Shown in pieces: positions 10,272-19,160 of a stretch of DNA of 40,552 nt. Below the pieces are notes generated by a model. It did no database searches and was not told the origin of the DNA. It saw only the letters and a list, made by a program, of their open reading frames with translations. This DNA comes from a bacterium (GTDB lineage Bacteria > Fidelibacterota > Marinisomatia > Marinisomatales > JAHJCW01), in assembly GCA_030606865.1 (NCBI GenBank), contig JAUWFQ010000003.1, positions 1 to 40,552 of the forward strand, written 5' to 3'. Position 1 is the first letter of the stretch; each line of letters opens with the position of its first letter. The position numbers were made by a program, and so were the translations under genes.

Positions 10272-11747
10272 ATGTGTGGTGTTGTTGGACTAATTTCACA
10301 AAAACCTGTTGCCAGTGAATTATACGATAGTTTGATTTATCTCCAACATCGCGGGCAAGATGCCGCGGGAATTATTACATATAACCGCAGATTCCACACC
10401 AAGAAAGGCGTTGGCTATGTTAGAGACATTTTTGACGAACGAAATATGTCGCGATTAAAAGGTAATATCGGCATAGGACATACAAGATATCCTACTACCG
10501 GTAAATATGATAAGGAAGATGCCCAGCCAGTTTGGACCGGCGTTCCGTACGGAATTGCTATGGCTCATAATGGTAATCTTGTTAATCATCGAGAGCTTTT
10601 GTTAGAATTGTCACAAAAGGACGGAAGGCATCTAAATACATCAGTTGATGTTGAAGTAATATTGCATGTTTTTGCAGGCAAACTAGAACAATTAAGAAAT
10701 ACGGACAATAATGGTAACTTTTTCGACCATATCTGCCAAGCCACACAAGAGGTTCACAAAAGAGTTAGCGGTGCTTATTCTGTAATTTGTGTGATTATTG
10801 GCAAAGGAATGGTTGTGTTCCGCGACCCTCATGGAATTCGTCCATTAACTAGAGGAGAGCGACTTTCTACTAACGGAAAACCTGATTACATATTTGCCAG
10901 TGAGCCTTCTGTATTTTATTCTTTAGGGTTTGAGTCAAAATCCGATGTTGCACCCGGCGAAGTAATTTATATATCCGAAGACAGTCATTATCATTCAAAA
11001 ATATTATCTTCAAAGAAATTCACTCCCTGTATATTTGAGTATGTTTATTTTGCCCGACCGGACGCAATCCTCGACGATGTAAGTGTTTACAGATCGCGCC
11101 TTAGAATGGGACAAAATTTGGCTAATGCTTGGAAAACTAAATATCCTAATGTAACTCCTGATATCATTATCCCTGCACCGGCCACATCCAACAACGCTGC
11201 CTTAGCGATGGCGAATGAAATGGGTGTGCGTTATTCTGAGGGATTATATAAAAATCCTTTTATCGGTCGTACATTTATAATGCCGGGACAACAAAAACGC
11301 AAAAAATCTATTCGGCATAAGCTTGTTCCTCTATCATTTGAAATAAAAGACAAAGACGTAATGATAGTCGATGACAGTATTGTACGTGGGAATACAAGTC
11401 AGGAAATTGTTAAAATGGTGCGTGACTTTGGTGCTAAGAAAATATATTTCGTTTCTGCTTGCCCGCCATTAGTAAATCCTTGCTTTTATGGCGTTGATAT
11501 ACCAACTCGTTCTGAATTAATTGCACCGAATATGTCTATCGAAGATATACGAAAATATATAAATGTAGATATTTTATTGTATCAAGAATTGGATGATTTG
11601 ATCGAAGCAGTAACAAGAAAAGGGGAACACGAAATCTATAGACCTTGCGCCGCTTGTTTGGATGGTAATTATGTTACGGGCGATGTTAATGGAAATAAAA
11701 TCAATGCACTTGAAAAACAACGTATAAAAGAGCGTAATTCTCTATGA
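10272..11747 (+). CDS. purF: amidophosphoribosyltransferase (Fe-S type Cys pattern)
   Basis: N-terminal MCG, QHRGQ, HNGNL, CIFEYVYFARPD, VDDSIVRGNTS, PCFYG and CAAC motifs. Confidence 0.98.
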   Translation: MCGVVGLISQKPVASELYDSLIYLQHRGQDAAGIITYNRRFHTKKGVGYVRDIFDERNMSRLKGNIGIGHTRYPTTGKYDKEDAQPVWTGVPYGIAMAHNGNLVNHRELLLELSQKDGRHLNTSVDVEVILHVFAGKLEQLRNTDNNGNFFDHICQATQEVHKRVSGAYSVICVIIGKGMVVFRDPHGIRPLTRGERLSTNGKPDYIFASEPSVFYSLGFESKSDVAPGEVIYISEDSHYHSKILSSKKFTPCIFEYVYFARPDAILDDVSVYRSRLRMGQNLANAWKTKYPNVTPDIIIPAPATSNNAALAMANEMGVRYSEGLYKNPFIGRTFIMPGQQKRKKSIRHKLVPLSFEIKDKDVMIVDDSIVRGNTSQEIVKMVRDFGAKKIYFVSACPPLVNPCFYGVDIPTRSELIAPNMSIEDIRKYINVDILLYQELDDLIEAVTRKGEHEIYRPCAACLDGNYVTGDVNGNKINALEKQRIKERNSL

Positions 11748-13060
11748 ATATCCTAATTGTCGGTTCGGGTGCTCGCGAACATGCAATTGCACGTTCTATT
11801 AAAAAATCAAAGGTACCTAATAAATTATACTGTTTAGCGTCAAATCGAAATCCCGGTATTGAAGAAATTTCGGAAATTTTAGAAATTGGCAAAATAGCCA
11901 ATCCCAATACTGTTACAAATTTTGCTAGAGAACATTCGATAGATTTGGCAATTATAGGACCCGAAGCCCCATTAGCAAATGGCGTTGTTGATTCGTTGCA
12001 GCAGATTAATATTCAATGTGTGGGTCCCACTAAAGATTTAGCGCAAATTGAAACTAGTAAAAGTTTCACGCGCGATTTAATGAGAAAATATGATATCCCG
12101 GGCTGTCCGGATTATCAGACTTTTAATAATCTAAATAATGTATCAGAATATTTAAATACATTAGGTGAAAATTATGTTATCAAATTCGATGGTTTAATGG
12201 GCGGTAAGGGTGTTAAGGTGTCCGGTGAACATATTAACTCTCACGCGGAAGCTATTGAATATTGTGAACAAATTATTGCAAAAAATGGAAAATTTGTTAT
12301 TGAAGAAAAACTTATTGGAGAGGAGTTTTCGTTAATGAGCTTTTGTGATGGTGAACACTTAATACACATGCCGCCTGTTCAAGATCATAAACGTGCGTAT
12401 GAAAACGATACCGGTCCTAATACCGGCGGAATGGGATCTTACAATGATACAAATCAGACATTGCCCTTTCTAACAAACAATGATATTGATTCCGCAAAGG
12501 CGATAAATATCGCAACTGCGAAAGCATTAAAAAAAGAATTTGGAATTGGTTATAAGGGTATTCTTTATGGTGGTTTTATTGCAACAGCGGATGGGGTTAA
12601 GGTAATTGAATATAATGCGCGCTTCGGAGACCCCGAAGCAATGAATGTTTTTTCCTTATTACAAAGTGACTTAATTGACATATTTCTTGGTATAGCCAAT
12701 TCATCTCTGCATAAGTGCGAGGTAACCTTTAGCAATAAATCCACGGTATGTAAATATGCCGTACCGGAAGGATATCCCGATTCGCCGATTAAAGGTGAAC
12801 GCATAGATATATCAAAAGTTGAAAACCATGACCAATTATACCTTGCTTCCGTTGATTTGAAAAATAATATATTACTCGAATCCGGCTCAAGAACAGTTGC
12901 CGTTGTTGGAATTGCCGATACATTACAAGAAGCTGAAGCGATTGCTGAAAGTGAAATTAAACATATTATAGGACCCTTATTTCATCGAACAGATATTGGA
13001 ACAGAAGCACTAATTCAAAAACGGATTAAGCATATGATTACTATTAGAGATTTATCCTAA
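11744..13060 (+). CDS. purD: phosphoribosylamine--glycine ligase
   Basis: GSGAREHA, GPEAPL, QDHKR..DTGPNTGGMG and EYNARFGDPE motifs. Confidence 0.98.
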   Translation: MNILIVGSGAREHAIARSIKKSKVPNKLYCLASNRNPGIEEISEILEIGKIANPNTVTNFAREHSIDLAIIGPEAPLANGVVDSLQQINIQCVGPTKDLAQIETSKSFTRDLMRKYDIPGCPDYQTFNNLNNVSEYLNTLGENYVIKFDGLMGGKGVKVSGEHINSHAEAIEYCEQIIAKNGKFVIEEKLIGEEFSLMSFCDGEHLIHMPPVQDHKRAYENDTGPNTGGMGSYNDTNQTLPFLTNNDIDSAKAINIATAKALKKEFGIGYKGILYGGFIATADGVKVIEYNARFGDPEAMNVFSLLQSDLIDIFLGIANSSLHKCEVTFSNKSTVCKYAVPEGYPDSPIKGERIDISKVENHDQLYLASVDLKNNILLESGSRTVAVVGIADTLQEAEAIAESEIKHIIGPLFHRTDIGTEALIQKRIKHMITIRDLS

Positions 13061-13066
13061 ATTGAA

Positions 13067-16000
13067 ATGATGATTCAATCCTATTTAAAAGAAATTGCCG
13101 ATATCATTATTCGGGGTGATTATAGAGAAGAAACTTTTTATCCTGCGCTTAAGTCATTTTTAGAAGAATACGGAAAATCCATTGGTAAAAAGAAAACAGC
13201 TGTTACAGTTCTCCCGAAAAAAACAGAAGCAGGTAATCCTGATTTTCGTGTCTGGGACGGAGAACATGAAATTGTTGGTTATATAGAAGCCAAACAGCCC
13301 GGGACAAACCTAGATCAGATCGTAACAAGTGACCAGTTAAAACGCTATTTAAAAATATTCCCGAATCTCATTTTAACAGATTTTTATGAATTCCAGTTGT
13401 ATCGCAACGGAAGTGAAATTGATCGTGTTTCAATCGGCCGCCCTTTTATTGCTAAAAAACTTAAAACTGTTCCACCTGTTGAAAACGAAGATGAATTCAA
13501 TTCATTGTTAGGAAAATATTTTGGCTTTATTCTTCCCGCAATAAATGATGCTGAAACATTGGCAAAAATATTGGCGGATAAAACCCATTTCTTAAAAAAC
13601 GAAGTTGTTGCAGAAGAATTAGAAGAAGAATCCTCAGGTTCCGGGCATCTTCTGGGGTTTTATGATGCATTTCAAAAACATCTTATTTCCGATCTAACAC
13701 GGGGAAGTTTTGCCGATCTTTTTTCGCAAACATTGGCTTACGGTTTGTTTGCTGCCCGGACACGCGCAACAAACAGTTTTAATCGAAAATTAGCTTACGA
13801 ATATATCCCATCAACCATTGGTATTCTTCGGGACGTTTTCAGATTTGTTTCATCAACAGATTTGCCTAAACCTTTAGAAGTCATGATTGACGATATTGCG
13901 GAAGTCCTGCAGAAGACGAATGTAAAGAAAATCCTTCAGGATTATTACCGTGACGGAAAAGGCGAAGATCCCGTTGTCCATTTTTATGAAACATTTCTAA
14001 ATCATTATGATCCCACCATCCGAGAAAAGCGTGGGGTTTATTATACACCATTGCCTGTCGTTCATTATATTGTTCGATCCCTTCATCATTTAATGAAAAC
14101 AAAATTTGGGTTGGAAGATGGTTTTGCTTCCAAGGATGTAAAATTATTGGACCCTGCCGGTGGAACACTCACCTTTCCCGTGGAAGCTATCAAGGTGGCT
14201 GTAGAAGAATTTGTATCTAAATACGGTGACGGTGGAAAACATAATCTTATCAAAAATCAAATTCTACAGAATTATTATGCCTTTGAACTTATGATGGCGC
14301 CATATGCTATTGGTCACATGAAAATCGGATTCATGTTGGAAGAGTTGGGGTACAAATTGGAAGCCGATGACCGCTTTAATCTTTATCTCACAAATACGCT
14401 TGACATGGAAGATTTTAAACAAACCAATATGCCTTTTGTCAAAAGTTTGAGCGAAGAAAGTAAACTGGCAGGAAAGGTGAAAAAGGATGAACCTATTCTG
14501 GTCATTTTAGGCAATCCGCCTTATTCCGGAATTTCATCTAATTTCAACGATTGGACGGAAAAACTATTGAAAGAAGATGTGGATGGTGCCCAAAGTTATT
14601 ATACTGTTGACGGTAAACCGCTTGGGGAAAAGAAACTCTGGCTACAGGATGATTATGTGAAGTTCCTGCGCTTTGCACAGTGGAAAATCCATAAAACAGG
14701 TTATGGTATGGTAGGTATGATTACTAACCATTCTTATCTGGACAATCCCACATTTCGGGGAATGCGCCAAAGCCTGATGAACACTTTTGATGAAATCTAC
14801 ATTTTGGATTTACATGGAAATTCTTTGAAAAAAGAAACCTGCCCTGATGGGAGTCCTGACATGCCTGTCTTTGACATTCGTCAAGGTGTGGCTATTGCAT
14901 TGTTCGTGAAAAACAAACATTCCGATGGTTCCAACCTTTCAAAAAGTTGTAAGGTCGTCCATACCGATTTATGGGGAAAACGAAATTCAAAATATGAATG
15001 GCTGGAATCTCATTATGTAAAAAATGGCAGTTATAAAAAGTTAGAGCCAAAAACCCCCTGGTATTTTTTCATTCCAAGAGATGTGGCGGGTATTCAGGAA
15101 TATTTAGAATGGCCATCTATTAAAGATGTTTTTCCTTTGAATGTAACTGGTATTGTAACCGCTCGAGATAAGTTCGTCATCAATTTTTCCAAAAGAGACT
15201 TAGAAAATAAAATGTTGCAGTTCAGGAATTTGTCTTTACCTGATGAAACAATACGGCAAGCCTTTAAACTAAAGGATACGCGGGGTTGGAAATTACCGGA
15301 AGCAAGAAGGAAAATTGCAGAAGACAAAAAGTGGAAGAATTATTATCAGGATGTTTTATACCGACCCTTTGACGAAAGAAAAATTTATTACACAGAAACA
15401 ATGGTTGATTGGGGACGTCCTGAATATATGCGCCACATGCTGACCGGAGAAAACTTAAGTTTATGTTTTATGAGACAGTTTTCAGGAAATGTCCCTTACA
15501 GTCACTTTTTAATAACGGAGCATATGGTTGATAATAGAACCTTTTTTAGTAGTAAAGGAATAATTCAACAGGCGCCCCTTTACCTTTACCCTGAAGAAAA
15601 AGAGAAAAAACCTAAATCCGGTGTACCGCTGATGATGTTTGAACCAGAAGTCCACTATGGCAAGGAAGGGAAACAGCCCAACATAGCCCCTGAAATATTT
15701 GATATGCTTAAAGAATCTTTCGGAAGAACACCAACACCGGAAAAGATACTCTATTACATTTATGGGGTTTTCTACAGCAATCACTATAGAACGAAATACA
15801 CTGAATTTCTGAAATTCGATTTTCCCCGTGTGCCTTTTACAAAAGATAAAGATGTGTTTAATGCCATGGCAAAATTGGGACAGAAACTTGCCGAATTGCA
15901 TTTGCTAAAAAGTTCTGTTCTGAACCGTCCTGTTTCCAAATATGAAGGCAGCGGTACAAATGACACAATAGATAAACCTATATTTAATGAAGAAGAAAAA

Positions 16001-16225
16001 AGAATTTATATCAATGCTGACAAATATTTTTCAAATATCAAACCGGAAGTATGGGATTATCATATCGGCGGATACCAAGTTTTAGCAAAATATATAAAAG
16101 ACAGAAAAAACAGACAAATGAATGATCCACGCCATTACTGTAAAGTGATAACAGCATTAAAGAAAACAATTGAAATCCAGAAAGAAATAGACAAATTATA
16201 TCCGAACGTAGAAAAGAATTTGTGA
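13067..16225 (+). CDS. single-chain restriction-modification enzyme (Type IIG-like): PD-(D/E)xK nuclease, N6-adenine methyltransferase and Type-ISP-like C-terminal specificity domain
   Basis: NPDF...YIEAK...QLKRY nuclease; GVYYTP, LLDPAGGT (motif I) and ILGNPPY (motif IV); LYRPFD and IGGYQVL C-terminal motifs; no helicase motifs. Confidence 0.88.
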   Translation: MMIQSYLKEIADIIIRGDYREETFYPALKSFLEEYGKSIGKKKTAVTVLPKKTEAGNPDFRVWDGEHEIVGYIEAKQPGTNLDQIVTSDQLKRYLKIFPNLILTDFYEFQLYRNGSEIDRVSIGRPFIAKKLKTVPPVENEDEFNSLLGKYFGFILPAINDAETLAKILADKTHFLKNEVVAEELEEESSGSGHLLGFYDAFQKHLISDLTRGSFADLFSQTLAYGLFAARTRATNSFNRKLAYEYIPSTIGILRDVFRFVSSTDLPKPLEVMIDDIAEVLQKTNVKKILQDYYRDGKGEDPVVHFYETFLNHYDPTIREKRGVYYTPLPVVHYIVRSLHHLMKTKFGLEDGFASKDVKLLDPAGGTLTFPVEAIKVAVEEFVSKYGDGGKHNLIKNQILQNYYAFELMMAPYAIGHMKIGFMLEELGYKLEADDRFNLYLTNTLDMEDFKQTNMPFVKSLSEESKLAGKVKKDEPILVILGNPPYSGISSNFNDWTEKLLKEDVDGAQSYYTVDGKPLGEKKLWLQDDYVKFLRFAQWKIHKTGYGMVGMITNHSYLDNPTFRGMRQSLMNTFDEIYILDLHGNSLKKETCPDGSPDMPVFDIRQGVAIALFVKNKHSDGSNLSKSCKVVHTDLWGKRNSKYEWLESHYVKNGSYKKLEPKTPWYFFIPRDVAGIQEYLEWPSIKDVFPLNVTGIVTARDKFVINFSKRDLENKMLQFRNLSLPDETIRQAFKLKDTRGWKLPEARRKIAEDKKWKNYYQDVLYRPFDERKIYYTETMVDWGRPEYMRHMLTGENLSLCFMRQFSGNVPYSHFLITEHMVDNRTFFSSKGIIQQAPLYLYPEEKEKKPKSGVPLMMFEPEVHYGKEGKQPNIAPEIFDMLKESFGRTPTPEKILYYIYGVFYSNHYRTKYTEFLKFDFPRVPFTKDKDVFNAMAKLGQKLAELHLLKSSVLNRPVSKYEGSGTNDTIDKPIFNEEEKRIYINADKYFSNIKPEVWDYHIGGYQVLAKYIKDRKNRQMNDPRHYCKVITALKKTIEIQKEIDKLYPNVEKNL

Positions 16226-16235
16226 CCTCTGTGGC
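16219..16235 (-). repeat. inverted copy of the 9-nt junction repeat overlapping the RM stop and purN start
   Basis: TTTGTGACCTCTGTGGC; its reverse complement GCCACAGAGGTCACAAA matches ACCACAGAGGATATAAA (8895-8911). Confidence 0.6.
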
Positions 16236-16818
16236 AAAAAAAATAAAACTGGGTATTTTAGGGTCGATCAAAGGAACCGATCTACAAGCAATTATTAATT
16301 CTATAGATAAAAAAAAGTTAGATGCTACTCTTGAAGTAGTTATCAGCAATTCTTCACATGCTTATATTCTTGAACGTGCTGCAAATCATAATATTCCTAA
16401 CTTTTTTATTTCACATTTAAGTAAAACCCGTGAACAATTTGATAATGAAATATCAGTAATATTAAAAAAGTATAACGTCGATTTAATATTATTGATTGGA
16501 TTTATGCGTATTTTATCCGCTGAATTTTGTAACGAATGGAAAATGCGCATTTTAAACGTGCATCCTTCTTTGCTTCCCAAATATGCTGGTGGAATAGATA
16601 TGAACGTTCATGAAGAAGTTATCAAAAATAAAGAGACTGAAACCGGCTGCACGATTCATTTTGTAACTGAGGCTGTTGATAGCGGACCAATATTAATCCA
16701 GAAGAAATGTTCAGTCGATAAAAACGAAACGCCGGAATCACTAAAAACAAAGGTTCAAGCATTGGAAGGCGAAGCTTTTATTGATGCTATTAAATTATTT
16801 CAAAAAAATAATTATTAA
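16222..16818 (+). CDS. purN: phosphoribosylglycinamide formyltransferase
   Basis: LIGFMRIL, NVHPSLLP and ETGCTIHFV..VDSGP motifs; GTG start at 16222 or 16231. Confidence 0.96.
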   Translation: MTSVAKKIKLGILGSIKGTDLQAIINSIDKKKLDATLEVVISNSSHAYILERAANHNIPNFFISHLSKTREQFDNEISVILKKYNVDLILLIGFMRILSAEFCNEWKMRILNVHPSLLPKYAGGIDMNVHEEVIKNKETETGCTIHFVTEAVDSGPILIQKKCSVDKNETPESLKTKVQALEGEAFIDAIKLFQKNNY

Positions 16819-16824
16819 ATAAAT

Positions 16825-18363
16825 ATGAATAAATCCATTACGACTATCAAACGAACACTTATTTCTGTTTATGATAAAACAGGCATAGTTGAATTAGCAA
16901 AATATTTAAGTGACAAGGGTATTGAAATTCTTTCAACCGGAGGAACGGCAGAACATCTTAGAAACGCCGGCATTGAAGTAATTGATGTATCTGATTATAC
17001 CGGTTTTCCTGAGATTATGGACGGGCGCATTAAAACTATCAATCCTAAAATAGAAGGTGGAATTTTAGGGTTGCGTGATGTGCACAAATCCGAAGCTGAA
17101 ACTCAAAATATTAAATGGATTGACCTTGTTGTGTGCAATCTTTATCCCTTTGCTGATACAATTAGTAAACCTAATGTTTCTCTCAAAGAAGCGCTTGAGA
17201 ATATCGATATCGGTGGACCGACTATGATCCGTAGCGCTGCCAAAAATATCGGATGGGTTGGCGTATTAGTTGATGTATCTGATTATCAATCAATTATCAA
17301 TGAGCATAAAATTTTAGGTGGTTTGTCTTCCGAAACTCGCAAGCTGCTTTCTGCAAAAGCGTTCGGTCACTGTGCTCAATATGACAGCATAATTCACAGT
17401 TATCTGAATGATGACCTCCTTCCACAAACTTTTTCTCCTTCATTTAATAAATCTTATGATTTGCGATATGGTGAAAATCCACATCAAAAAGCTGCAGCAT
17501 ATAAAAATCCGATCAGGAATACTCAAAATATTTTAGATGCTACAATACATCAAGGTAAAAAATTATCATATAATAATTTAATGGATGCGGACGCCGCTCT
17601 TTCTTGTCTCAGGGAATTCTCCGATTCTACGTGTGTAGTCGTTAAACATGGCAATCCCTGTGGAGTCGCTTCCGGCGATGACATTACCAACGTTTATAAA
17701 AAAGCTTTTGACGCGGACTCCAAATCGGCTTTTGGCGGAATAATTGTTCTTAATCGAACCTGCAATAAAACTATCGCTGAAATGATCAACAAAATTTTTG
17801 TTGAAATTGTAATAGCGCCGAATTATGACTCTACGGCTTTAGAGATATTGTCAAATAAAAAAAATTTACGTGTATTGGAGATAAATAAAATTGTTCCTAA
17901 AACCCAAAATATTGAATATCGCTACATTAGTGGCGGACTGTTGGTTCAAGAATCCGATGTAAGTACCATTACCGAAAATCAATTAAACATTGTTACAAAA
18001 AAGAAACCGTCAACATCTGAATTAGCCGATATGATATTTGCGTGGAAAGTGTTAAAGCATGTCAAATCCAATGCTATAATTACTGTTGAGGACAGAATAA
18101 CTTTGGGGATTGGTGCCGGCCAAGTATCGCGAGTTGATGCAGTTGAACTTGCGCTAAAAAAATCCGGTGATAAATTAGAAGGTTCTGTTTTAGCATCTGA
18201 TGCGTTTTTTCCTTTCCGCGACTCAATCGATTTAATCGCCGATACCGGCGTGACGGCTATTATTCAACCAGGTGGTTCAATTCGGGATCAGGAAATTATT
18301 CAAGCTTGTAACGAACACGGAATTATTATGGTATTTACCGGAATACGCTGTTTTAAACATTAA
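16825..18363 (+). CDS. purH: bifunctional AICAR transformylase/IMP cyclohydrolase
   Basis: SVYDKTG, STGGT, IDIGGP, RYGENPHQ, KHGNPCG and SDAFFPF motifs; ends FKH. Confidence 0.98.
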   Translation: MNKSITTIKRTLISVYDKTGIVELAKYLSDKGIEILSTGGTAEHLRNAGIEVIDVSDYTGFPEIMDGRIKTINPKIEGGILGLRDVHKSEAETQNIKWIDLVVCNLYPFADTISKPNVSLKEALENIDIGGPTMIRSAAKNIGWVGVLVDVSDYQSIINEHKILGGLSSETRKLLSAKAFGHCAQYDSIIHSYLNDDLLPQTFSPSFNKSYDLRYGENPHQKAAAYKNPIRNTQNILDATIHQGKKLSYNNLMDADAALSCLREFSDSTCVVVKHGNPCGVASGDDITNVYKKAFDADSKSAFGGIIVLNRTCNKTIAEMINKIFVEIVIAPNYDSTALEILSNKKNLRVLEINKIVPKTQNIEYRYISGGLLVQESDVSTITENQLNIVTKKKPSTSELADMIFAWKVLKHVKSNAIITVEDRITLGIGAGQVSRVDAVELALKKSGDKLEGSVLASDAFFPFRDSIDLIADTGVTAIIQPGGSIRDQEIIQACNEHGIIMVFTGIRCFKH

Positions 18364-19160
18364 TTCAGATTTTCCGCTAAATGGGGATTGTCAAGGATAA
18401 TTCCATCAATATTTTTATCAATTAACCAATTTCTGGTATAAACATTATTTACTGTCCAAGCATTAATGCACATATTCCGCCTTTTGCAAAATTGAATCAA
18501 TTTATCAGTAATTAATTCAACTTCAGGATGTAAGCAATCCGGTCGGGCAATAAAAATTCCCCTAAAATGTTTTGTTTTACTATAAATATAGCCGGTTGGA
18601 GTTGATTTTGAAAATAATTTTACCATCCGTACGGCAAACGGATTAAAACTAGAGATAATAACTTTTTGAGGTATTTCTCCTTTCTTAACTAATCGCGCAA
18701 TTATAATTGCAGATTTTAAATCAAATGTACTTTTCGTCTTGATCTCTATATTAATTAAAACTGTTTTGGGTAAAGATGTTGCTACATCTATTAATAACGG
18801 TATCGCCTCTTGTTTTGCTGGAGGAAATTGGCTGCCCGTTTTTACTCTTACTAAGTCTTGATAATCAATTTCATCGATGAACCCCGTGCCATTTGTTTCG
18901 CGTTCCAAATCAAAATTATGGGAGCATACCAATCTATCATCTTTAGTTAACATAACGTCTAATTCAATCGCATTCAAGCCTTTATCTATCGCTGAGCGAT
19001 AAGACGCAATCGTGTTTTCAGGAACGTTATGCCGATCGCCACGATGGCCGAAAAAGATTGGCTTATCATGGTAGAGATCAGTCAAATCCATACCTCGCCA
19101 AAAAGTAATGTATCTTATGGCCAACAAGGCAAGTACTGTTATTATAACAAACGCTATCAT
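18360..19160 (-). CDS. glycerophosphodiester phosphodiesterase family protein, N-terminally membrane-anchored
   Basis: FGHRG, PENT, IELDV, NIEIK, ISSFN and AWTVN motifs; ATG 19160 forms an ATGA overlap with the upstream stop (track start 19172). Confidence 0.9.
   Translation of the reverse strand: MIAFVIITVLALLAIRYITFWRGMDLTDLYHDKPIFFGHRGDRHNVPENTIASYRSAIDKGLNAIELDVMLTKDDRLVCSHNFDLERETNGTGFIDEIDYQDLVRVKTGSQFPPAKQEAIPLLIDVATSLPKTVLINIEIKTKSTFDLKSAIIIARLVKKGEIPQKVIISSFNPFAVRMVKLFSKSTPTGYIYSKTKHFRGIFIARPDCLHPEVELITDKLIQFCKRRNMCINAWTVNNVYTRNWLIDKNIDGIILDNPHLAENLN

Noticed and set aside
13067-16225. Full Type ISP or Type I RM system, or an integrative element
   Set aside because: No helicase/ATPase motifs, no hsdS or hsdR, no integrase, no att-like direct repeats seen
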